Of a stretch of 64,000 nt of DNA, positions 9,250 to 17,685 are shown piece after piece. How positions within the stretch are numbered: the first letter of the stretch is position 1; every line of letters begins with the position of its first letter. Origin of the DNA: a virus (lineage: Duplodnaviria; Caudoviricetes); the IMG/VR virus record IMGVR_UViG_3300037067_017690, positions 41,869 through 105,868 of that record; one strand, given 5' to 3'. The notes beneath the pieces are model-generated. The model searched no databases. It saw only the letters and a list, made by a program, of their open reading frames with translations, and was not told where the DNA came from. The translations under genes were made by a program, and so were the position numbers.

Positions 9250-11811
9250 ATGATAAATACATATATACCCTTACACGTTCATTCAATGACTTCCTTTCTC
9301 GATGGATTTATTGATATTGAGAAATATGTCGCATTTTGTAAAGAACAACAATTTCCTGGTTGTGCAATTACAGATCATGGGAGTATGAGTTCAGTTATTG
9401 AATTCTATCAGCAATGTGAAAAACATAAAATCAATCCAATTATTGGTTGTGAAATGTACATTACACAAAAAGATGATAGAGATGAACCGATCCGAGATAA
9501 TTTTCACATAAATATATTTGCTAAAAATGAACAGGGATACAAAGAATTATGTACTATATTTACAGAATCTAATATTAATCGATATTATTATAGGCCAAGA
9601 ACTCATATTTCTGTTTTAAAAAAATATGCAAAAAATTTAATTTGTTCATCAGCTTGCATGTCCGGAGAAATTCAACAATGTTTATTGAAACATCCAAATG
9701 AAAAAGGATTAGCTATAGCAAAACTTAGAGAATATATGGATGTATTTGGAGATGATTTTTATATTGAACTCGTACTTGCAGATTTAAATGCTCAAAGAGA
9801 TGCAAATAAATTATTGATGGGATTGATAAAAGATTATAATCTAAAATTTATTATTACTACAGATGCTCACTATCTTAGACCTGAAGATGAAATTTGTCAA
9901 GATGTTTTATTAAAAATTCAACGTGAAGGTTTTACATTTTCTTCGAAAACTCATTGGGTAGCAACTTTTGATGAACTTAAAAAATTAGTAAAAGAACAAC
10001 ATCCATATATTAATGATGAATTTTTCAATAAGGCTATAGAATATACTCACGAGATCAATAAAAAAGTACATATTGATTTTTCTGAATGGATAGGTAAAAT
10101 TAATATGCCAGATTTCAAAAATGAATTAAATATGGATAATTTGAAATTCTTTGAAAAATTGACAGCAGAAGGCTTCGATAAATTTCTTGATAAATACGAA
10201 AAGTATGTTGGTCCAATGTCTGAAGAATTGGAAGAACGATACAGAAAACGAGTTAAATATGAATATGAAGTATTAGCAAAATCAGGAAGTTTTTTATATA
10301 TTTTACTTGTAAGAGATATAATTCAAAAAGCCCATAAATTAAAGACGATAATTAAACCCAACCAATTGAAGGTTGGTGATTATTTTTACAAGAATGAAAT
10401 TAAATATGCAGTTATTTCAATTGATTCAGAATTTATAGTGTTGAATTTTTTTAATAATCAAATAGAAAAAATTACATTGGATATTAATGAGAAAATTGAA
10501 TTGAGTAAAGAAATTATGACAGGGATGGGTCGAGGATCAGCCGCTGGTTCTCTGATTTGTTATTTATTAGATATTACTCAAATAGATCCAATTCGCAGAG
10601 ATTTACTTTTTGAACGTTTCGTAAACCCAACTAGATTGTTCGGAGGATTTCAACCAGAATTATCTTGTTTATCTTATGCAATGTATAAATTATATCATTA
10701 TAAAGAAGAACATGATAAATGGAATTTAGAAAATATCTTAAAAAAACATAATATCGAAATTGATGATAGATTAAGAATTGAAATTGATTTTTTTCAAAAA
10801 TATAATGCTGAACCATATATTTGTTATGTAGCTTCAAAAGAAGAATATCGTGAAACAAAAAATATCTTTAATTCTTGGTTATTATATCATTTAGGGATTA
10901 CAGATGAAGAACCTAAAGAAGATTTTAAAGCAAAATATTCTCCTCCAACTTTTCCTGATATAGATGTAGATTTTTCAGATAAAGGAAGAGCAGTTGATAT
11001 GATGGTTGAAAATTATGTGTCAAATAATAATGATCATATCACTAAAAGAAGAGCATATCCGGTTGCGGCTTTCGGACAGTTAAAATGCAAAGGAGCAATT
11101 AAAGATGTAGCAAAAGCTATTGAATCCATTATTATAGATTATTCGAAAACATGGGAAGAACATGAAAAAAATAATAAGAAAAAATATACAGATGAAACTG
11201 AAGATGGATTAAATGTGGCTCGTGATAAATGGGAGAAAGCAAAAGAAAATTATATCAAAGAAGGAATTTTTGATCCTAAAATGTTAAAATATTTATCATT
11301 TGAAAATGTCAATAAAGCGACTAGAGAAATGCCGGCTAATGTTACTTTCGATGATTTAAAAGCTGATAAAAATTTAAAATTATATAAAGAAATCCCTAAA
11401 GTGATGGAAATTGCTGAACGATTGGAATATACTAAAAAATATTTAGGAACTCATGCTTCAGCAGTGTGTATCATTCCTGAATATATGGTTGATTGTGTTC
11501 CGATAGCTAGAACTGGAGATGATTTTATTATAGCTATGAATGATGTTCAAGCATGTGGTGGAGATTATTCTAACAATTTAGGATTGGTTAAAAATGATAT
11601 TCTCGGATTAACTTCATTATTATTTTTACAAGAAGCTCAAGAGATGGCAGCAACTCATTTTGAAGTTATAGCAGAAAGTGGAAAGCGATATTGTTTTGAT
11701 TATAATGCAAAATTCGAATTAATAGATGGGACAATCAAACATATAATAGAATTACAAGAAGGAGATGATATAGTTGGCATCATTTCTGATGATGCCAACT
11801 ATATCAAATAA
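9250..11811 (+). CDS. dnaE: DNA polymerase III alpha, N-terminal part only (PHP + palm/thumb), ending in a Hint/intein-N-like segment
   Basis: LHVHS..SFLDG, AITDHG, IIGCE, TDAHY (PHP); GRGSAAGS, LLFERF, PDIDVDF, GTHASAV, KNDILGL; fingers/HhH/OB domains absent. Confidence 0.93.
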   Translation: MINTYIPLHVHSMTSFLDGFIDIEKYVAFCKEQQFPGCAITDHGSMSSVIEFYQQCEKHKINPIIGCEMYITQKDDRDEPIRDNFHINIFAKNEQGYKELCTIFTESNINRYYYRPRTHISVLKKYAKNLICSSACMSGEIQQCLLKHPNEKGLAIAKLREYMDVFGDDFYIELVLADLNAQRDANKLLMGLIKDYNLKFIITTDAHYLRPEDEICQDVLLKIQREGFTFSSKTHWVATFDELKKLVKEQHPYINDEFFNKAIEYTHEINKKVHIDFSEWIGKINMPDFKNELNMDNLKFFEKLTAEGFDKFLDKYEKYVGPMSEELEERYRKRVKYEYEVLAKSGSFLYILLVRDIIQKAHKLKTIIKPNQLKVGDYFYKNEIKYAVISIDSEFIVLNFFNNQIEKITLDINEKIELSKEIMTGMGRGSAAGSLICYLLDITQIDPIRRDLLFERFVNPTRLFGGFQPELSCLSYAMYKLYHYKEEHDKWNLENILKKHNIEIDDRLRIEIDFFQKYNAEPYICYVASKEEYRETKNIFNSWLLYHLGITDEEPKEDFKAKYSPPTFPDIDVDFSDKGRAVDMMVENYVSNNNDHITKRRAYPVAAFGQLKCKGAIKDVAKAIESIIIDYSKTWEEHEKNNKKKYTDETEDGLNVARDKWEKAKENYIKEGIFDPKMLKYLSFENVNKATREMPANVTFDDLKADKNLKLYKEIPKVMEIAERLEYTKKYLGTHASAVCIIPEYMVDCVPIARTGDDFIIAMNDVQACGGDYSNNLGLVKNDILGLTSLLFLQEAQEMAATHFEVIAESGKRYCFDYNAKFELIDGTIKHIIELQEGDDIVGIISDDANYIK

Positions 11812-11956
11812 GAAGGAAATGACTATGAAGAAGTATTTAAATTCATTTACAGATTTAAGTAAAAAATTTTATGAAGAAAAGGGGATTCCAGAACCCAAAA
11901 TATTCTTTAATTATAAGAAAAAAATTTTATGAAGAAATTTTCAGGAGAAAAACTTA

Positions 11957-12157
11957 ATGATCACAAATAATTTAATACAAGAATTGATTGAAACTTGTAA
12001 AGTTGTAGATGAACAATATAAACAACAATGTGAAAAATGGGATGCTGATATGGGAAGTTCATCTTATAAGGATGGAATCAATATAGAATATTGTATTGAA
12101 GCTGCTGATTGGCATAGAATATCATTAGCACTAAGAAAATTGCAAGGAGTGAAATAA
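11957..12157 (+). CDS. Hypothetical protein
   Basis: 66-aa ORF with AGGAG SD. Confidence 0.55.
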   Translation: MITNNLIQELIETCKVVDEQYKQQCEKWDADMGSSSYKDGINIEYCIEAADWHRISLALRKLQGVK

Positions 12158-12505
12158 ATGTTTTTACTTGAAAAAAAGTTTAATGTTGAAGAAGAAAAAG
12201 GATTTTTCTTTGTTGATGCTTTTGATGTCGAAAACAAACTTGTATATCGATTTAATTATGAAGCTGATGGATTAACAAATCTCATAGAAATTGAAATTGA
12301 ACCATTAACACCATCAGGATTAAGCATTGGAGATTTTATGGTTGTTGATGGTTCTGTGGATAATGTAAGAGAAGAAGTGTTTAAAATAGCTCCAAAAGAA
12401 TTAAAACGATTATACAAAGAACAAGAAGAAAAAATAAAAGAATTAGAAGAAAAAGATATAAAAACTCAACAAGAAGCGGAAAAACAAGATTTATTACTGA
12501 TATAA
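12158..12505 (+). CDS. Hypothetical acidic protein
   Basis: 115-aa ORF abutting upstream stop, AAGGAG SD. Confidence 0.6.
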   Translation: MFLLEKKFNVEEEKGFFFVDAFDVENKLVYRFNYEADGLTNLIEIEIEPLTPSGLSIGDFMVVDGSVDNVREEVFKIAPKELKRLYKEQEEKIKELEEKDIKTQQEAEKQDLLLI

Positions 12506-12712
12506 TGTATTTAATATTTTATAGGTTTTTATAAAATTTACGGACATGAGTAAAAGTAAATGCAAATGGGGAAATGCAATGTGTTCAACTTCCTGTATAG
12601 GATTAATGTTGGTTCAAAGACCTAATGGATCACAATTATTGTGTGACAGACCTATTGATAAACCTATTGTGCTTTCCGAATCTCAGGAGCATATTACTAT
12701 TTTATATAAAAA

Positions 12713-13105
12713 ATGGATAGAGGAACAACGGTGAATCAATTTCTTAATTATGTTAAAATGTGCACAATTGATACAGATATTCAACCATTGTGGAAACCAT
12801 CTATCGGTCATAAATTCATCCAAAAAACTGATGAATCTGAAATTCCGATTATTTTCACAGTGGTAAATTTGATAACTATTAAAGATGCAAAGAAAAATTT
12901 AATTTGGTTGCCATATCAAGAAGACATTCAAAATATGCTTGCTGTTGAAAATTTTAATATGTTATTAGAAGAAATCTTGAATTTTCTTTATAAAGGTCCA
13001 GGAGAGACTAGTCTGCAAATGACTGGAAATGAAGTACTTTTTGCATTCGCAAAATTCAAATTATTTCATAAAAAGTGGTGTCAGGGAAATTGGATTTCAT
13101 TTTAA
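12713..13105 (+). CDS. Hypothetical protein
   Basis: 130-aa ORF, WLPYQEDIQ motif; start uncertain. Confidence 0.5.
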   Translation: MDRGTTVNQFLNYVKMCTIDTDIQPLWKPSIGHKFIQKTDESEIPIIFTVVNLITIKDAKKNLIWLPYQEDIQNMLAVENFNMLLEEILNFLYKGPGETSLQMTGNEVLFAFAKFKLFHKKWCQGNWISF

Positions 13106-13141
13106 ACATCATGTTATTTACGAGGAACAAAAAGTATTCAA

Positions 13142-13987
13142 TCATAAATGAAATTTGTTATCTTGAATTTCTAGATCCTTCTTTTCGGTTTCAGAAAAGA
13201 AATCTAAAATCTTATCAAATGTTAAATCACACAATTCGTCTACCCAATCATAAATGAAATAGAGCTTACGACTTTCTCGAATAACACCGAAAAGAATTGG
13301 ATCTTTTTCTTGTTTTGTTTTATCACGATTTCTATTTTCTGGATCAAAATGTAATATGACATAATTATCAAATATTTTAAGAGCGTCCAATTTCTCCTTG
13401 ACTGCTATAGCTTCTTCTGGGATCACTCGAGTAAAGTTTTTGATCCAATCAAGCCTAAGCCCTTTTTCACATTTTTCACAAATTGTGGCGAGTTGTTCTT
13501 CAGTTATGAATTTCTTAAAATCAATGGCAAATAATTGACTTTCAAATTTGTTTACAAATTCATTATCCTTTAATTTTTCAACGAGAGCAATTTGTCCAAG
13601 TTTTTGAGCATTCTCAATTAATTTTTTGTAAGTGTTTATTCTTGTTTCATAGATTGCGATTTCTTCTTTGCTTTTCAAAACCAATTCAAATGCTTTAGAA
13701 ACTGGCAACGCTGTAATTTGTGTTTTTTTGTGAGAAATCCAATTGAACATTTTTTTAATAAGAGAATTTTTTCGAGATTTATCAATATCTCCTATAGAAA
13801 CACTGTTATTGTTATTATCGCTCATAACAAAATTATTGACACTCCACATTGAGTTTGTGACTGCGGAAGATCCAGTTGCTACGTATGATCCAATATTTCC
13901 AGAAGTGTCCATTTCTTTTTTATGTTTTGGAAGATTGTAATCTACGACAAAATTGTTAAAAATATCCAATGTTTTTTTATCAGCCAT
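13142..13987 (-). CDS. Conserved-looking phage hypothetical protein
   Basis: 281 aa, AGGAG SD; NFTRVIP...FDNYVILHFDP...DPILFG...DWVDELCDLT motifs. Confidence 0.7.
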   Translation of the reverse strand: MADKKTLDIFNNFVVDYNLPKHKKEMDTSGNIGSYVATGSSAVTNSMWSVNNFVMSDNNNNSVSIGDIDKSRKNSLIKKMFNWISHKKTQITALPVSKAFELVLKSKEEIAIYETRINTYKKLIENAQKLGQIALVEKLKDNEFVNKFESQLFAIDFKKFITEEQLATICEKCEKGLRLDWIKNFTRVIPEEAIAVKEKLDALKIFDNYVILHFDPENRNRDKTKQEKDPILFGVIRESRKLYFIYDWVDELCDLTFDKILDFFSETEKKDLEIQDNKFHL

Positions 13988-14172
13988 GGTTTTTCTCCTT
14001 TTTTACTATAGATACCGCATTTACGGTATTCCTTGTAAAAGGAGAAGAAATTTCATGGTCCGAGGAACTATACTATTGATCAAATCACATACTATGGAAA
14101 TTTTGGAGAAATTATCAATAAGCACCATTACGAGATGTATTTTCCGAAAGATCGTGAATTTGTTGTAACTTT

Positions 14173-14324
14173 ATAGGAAGTTTGGTTGAGGAGTGGTTCT
14201 CCTAATAAACTCAAGGTTCTCGCCCTAGAAATAGGAGAGCAAATTTGCCGAGCTGTCATAGCCACTGGGCGTTTAATGATGATGGTTTTATTGCATAAAA
14301 ACCAATGCCAGCCTACTTCCTTAT
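14173..14324 (+). ncRNA. Putative structured non-coding RNA, family not recognised
   Basis: GC-enriched intergenic segment; closing stem AGGAAGU/ACUUCCU plus GGUUG/CAGCC; internal helices GUUCUCCUA/UAGGAGAGC, UGGUUUU/AAAACCA; G-U pairs favour + strand. Confidence 0.6.
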
Positions 14325-14368
14325 TTTAGATTAAAATTTCATCATGAAATTAGTTTAAAATAACTATT

Positions 14369-15190
14369 TCATAAAAAGCTATATAAAATTATATTACTTT
14401 TATATGAAAACAGTCTAAAGAACTCTTTTCGAATTAGAGAGAACCTATATTTCAATTTAGATTCTTTTGACAAGTTGAATAATTCTTTCCAACTCAAAGA
14501 ATTCCAATCTAAGTCTTGCTTCCATAGCTTCTTTAGATTCTCAATATTCTTCTTCACTGGATAAAACCATCCTTTGTCATACTTCTTATAGCCTCTTCGG
14601 GCTATCTCAATCGATGATGCTACTTGGTCTGGTGTGTGATCATCTCCATAGTTCACATTGCCTACAAAACTTGAATATGCTGCATTCACCTCAATTAGTT
14701 CAATACCATTCAATCCACATCTTTTTCTCAAATTATTTACAATTCTTCCTCTATCCCATCTTCCATTTACTAATCTATAATTAAATCCAAATCTTGTCAA
14801 TCTGTCTTTATAAGTAATGTAGACAGTTTGAATTTCTCGATTGATTATTTTTTCTAAAAGATCATTGAATTGAATTCTATTTTCATTCATGCCGGAAGCA
14901 ATATCTTGATAAATCCCATCTACTTTAATTCCATTTTTGATCATGAATTCTTTAAGAATGATTATTTGACGATCTAAATCTGATTTTTGTTTAGTATTAC
15001 TTACTCTAGCATAGAGGACATTGATTTTTTTAATTTTAGAAGATGAGAGTAGACCTGAGACGTCGTATAGAATTTTATGAGAGGTGATTTGAATCCATTT
15101 GATTTTATTAGATTTTTTCTAATTCCAAAGAGTTTGAGAAGTGATTCCAAATAATTTTCTTACTTCTTTAGCTGTTTTAAATTCTTCCAT
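14369..15190 (-). pseudogene. Deleted IS607 element: TnpA (premature TAG) fused in frame to the C-terminus of a TnpB-related protein
   Basis: MEEFKTAKEVRKLFGITSQTLWN*KK...YARVS...DIASG...YKDRLTRFGFN then RLVNGRWDR...IEVNAAYSSFVG...PDQVASSIEIARRG. Confidence 0.85.
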
Positions 15191-15340
15191 GATATCAAAT
15201 TATAAATCATGTTTAGAAATATTCAATAAAATTTAAAAGAGGTATAATTTAATAAATGATTAGATGATAAATAATATAACTTTATAAGATTTTATAAAGA
15301 ATTTTAACAAATGAGTCAATTAAAATTTAATAAATCCCTT

Positions 15341-15997
15341 TTATGGCAAGAGGGATTTTTCTATTTTCTTTTTTTGCCATTGTTTGATTTTTCTTGGTAA
15401 TAATCTTAATTTATTTTGAATAAACATTTTTTCTATTTTATTCAATTTTTCAATAAATAAAATTCCATCCATATGATCAATTTCGTGCAATACTGCTCTG
15501 CAAGCCATACCCTCAAGAATAAAATCTTTTTCAGTTCCATCAATTGTAAGTGATCTAATTTTAGCGGATTTAGGACGAATCACTTGAGCAAATATTCCAG
15601 GAAAACTCAAACATCCTTCTTTAAGTTTGATTTCACCTTCAGTTTCAACAATGACAGGATTCACTAAAGAGAATGCATTATCTTTTTCATCTCTTAAAAC
15701 GCATAATCTTTTAGGAATTCCTACTTGAATAGCTGATAAACCGAGTCCACCTAATGCACCCATATATTGGATCATGTCTTTAGCCAATTGAACTATTTCA
15801 TCTGTGATTTTTTCAATTGGTTCACTTTTTTGTCTTAAAATGGAATTAGGATAAAATAGTAATTCAAGATTTGGTAGTGAAATTTCATTTTTAGAAGGTT
15901 CGTTAGATTGTAGAATTTTAGCTACATCCTGTGTGGGAACTGTTATAGTTGTTGAAGTATCATCAACGATAATAATAGGTTTATTTTCTTCTGTCAT
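15341..15997 (-). CDS. def: Peptide deformylase
   Basis: GLGLSAIQVG, EGCLSFP, HEIDHMDG motifs. Confidence 0.95.
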   Translation of the reverse strand: MTEENKPIIIVDDTSTTITVPTQDVAKILQSNEPSKNEISLPNLELLFYPNSILRQKSEPIEKITDEIVQLAKDMIQYMGALGGLGLSAIQVGIPKRLCVLRDEKDNAFSLVNPVIVETEGEIKLKEGCLSFPGIFAQVIRPKSAKIRSLTIDGTEKDFILEGMACRAVLHEIDHMDGILFIEKLNKIEKMFIQNKLRLLPRKIKQWQKKKIEKSLLP

Positions 15998-16487
15998 AAA
16001 TTTCCTTTCTTTTAGGAATTATACCTGATTTCTCTTTACTATTCAATTCTCTATCCTTCATATAAAGAAAAGGAGAAATTAATGAAAGATGGTTTTTTCT
16101 TACAGATAATCAAAAAATTCCAATAAGAATTTAGATATTAAAAAAGAAGAATTGTTATAAAGGGCTGACTTTTACAGCAAGATTAAGTGAAATAGAAATA
16201 GTTGAAGAAGAAATTATGAATGATTTTGAAAAAGATGAAGTAATAGAGAAATTTTTGTCTGAAAATCATCAATTACCTGTTCAATATTCAGCTAAAAAAC
16301 AATTTAATTATGCTATTGAATTAGCTAATCATTTTGGATTATATGATGCGGCAGACATTATCAGAAAGAAAACTTTTTGAGTTTTACTGAAGAAATTATG
16401 TTAGAAGAGGTATATATGATCCAAATGTGCAAGAAATTTTAGAAATAAATCACGAAATATTTTGTCATCAAGAAGAAGGATAAGAAC

Positions 16488-16835
16488 GTGCAGAACATTT
16501 TACAAGAAATTATATGTGAAACATATGAAAAAGAATTTCGAAGAAATCCTGAAAAAGTTGCGATGTTAATTCCATTTATACTAAAAAACAAAAAACGTAT
16601 AGAACTTTTATTGATATGGGAAGGATATGTAGGAATTTTTGTAAATAATAATGGAAAATGGACTTGTTTAAGTTGTCATGATTCTTGTTGGAGAGAAGAT
16701 GGCGTAAATCGTTTCTTGTCAGAATATATTGATCAATTGTTGCATATAGATTTTACTTGTGGTTGGTATGGAAAGATCAAAATTTCAGAAATTGATGAAA
16801 CATTAAGAAAAATAGAACGTGAACGCAATTCATAA
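16488..16835 (+). CDS. Hypothetical protein
   Basis: 115-aa ORF, GTG start with AAGGA SD. Confidence 0.5.
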   Translation: MQNILQEIICETYEKEFRRNPEKVAMLIPFILKNKKRIELLLIWEGYVGIFVNNNGKWTCLSCHDSCWREDGVNRFLSEYIDQLLHIDFTCGWYGKIKISEIDETLRKIERERNS

Positions 16836-16845
16836 AGGAATAAAA

Positions 16846-17658
16846 ATGACTAAAGATTTATTTGGTGATAGAATGAAAATGTATGAAACTTTAGACCCTA
16901 AAACTAAATTTATGCCTTTATTGCCAATTTGTGTACGATTGGATGGTAAAACTTTTCATTCATGGACAAAAGGATTAAAAACTCCTTATGATGATGATTT
17001 CAGAAATTGCATGGTTGAAACAACAAAATTCTTGGTAGATGAAACTGCTGCCGTAATGGGTTATACACAATCAGATGAAATAAGTTTGATTCTTTATTCT
17101 GATAGTTGCGAAAAACAAGTATATTTTGAAGGAAAAGTTAAGAAAATAATCAGTGTAATTTCAAGTCTTTGCACGGCTAAATTTAATGAAATTTCTAAAA
17201 AAGTATTTCCGAATAAGCCTTTAGCATTTTTTGATTGTAGAGCTTGGCAAGTTCCGAATCTTATTGAGACTGTCAATGTATTATTGTGGAGAGAATTAGA
17301 TGCTACAAAAAATAGTGTAACTATGGCGGCATCTTGTTATTATTCACACAAGGAATTAATGAACCAAGGGAATGCGGATAAACTAGAAATGTTGCATAAA
17401 AAAGGTGTGAATTGGAATGATTATCCTACGTATTTTAAAAGAGGTGCATACGTAGCCAGAAGAAAAATTCTTAGGGAATTATCTGAAGAAGAAAGGATGA
17501 AAATTCCTGAACAACATAGACCAGCTAAAGATTTAAAGGTTTCAAGAACTACTGTTATGGTATTAGAACTTCCTCCTTTACTAAAAATTAAAAACAGAGT
17601 AGAAGTAATTTTCAATGGGGGTCCAATTATTTTGGAAAGTGAATCACAAATGATTTGA
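16846..17658 (+). CDS. thg1: tRNA-His guanylyltransferase / Thg1-like 3'-5' polymerase
   Basis: RLDGKTFH, YTQSDEISL, FDCR, WRELDATKNS, GVNWND motifs; start set at ATG 16846 (AAGGA SD). Confidence 0.92.
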   Translation: MTKDLFGDRMKMYETLDPKTKFMPLLPICVRLDGKTFHSWTKGLKTPYDDDFRNCMVETTKFLVDETAAVMGYTQSDEISLILYSDSCEKQVYFEGKVKKIISVISSLCTAKFNEISKKVFPNKPLAFFDCRAWQVPNLIETVNVLLWRELDATKNSVTMAASCYYSHKELMNQGNADKLEMLHKKGVNWNDYPTYFKRGAYVARRKILRELSEEERMKIPEQHRPAKDLKVSRTTVMVLELPPLLKIKNRVEVIFNGGPIILESESQMI

Positions 17659-17685
17659 AATTTTTATAAAAAGATATAAAAATCC

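Noticed and set aside
11819-11932. C-terminal intein half or frameshifted continuation of dnaE
   Set aside because: Short ORF has no HN-C/S/T or DnaE motifs; downstream ORFs are unrelated
14176-14320. tRNA, HDV-like ribozyme, known riboswitch or TnpB omega-RNA
   Set aside because: No T-loop or CCA; HDV P1 and catalytic junction not satisfied; no full riboswitch consensus recognised; G-U pairs put it on the strand opposite the tnpB remnant
15119-15121. Stop-codon reassignment (TAG read-through)
   Set aside because: Very long ORFs are open in code 11 and TAG ends several genes normally; this TAG is in a deleted IS remnant
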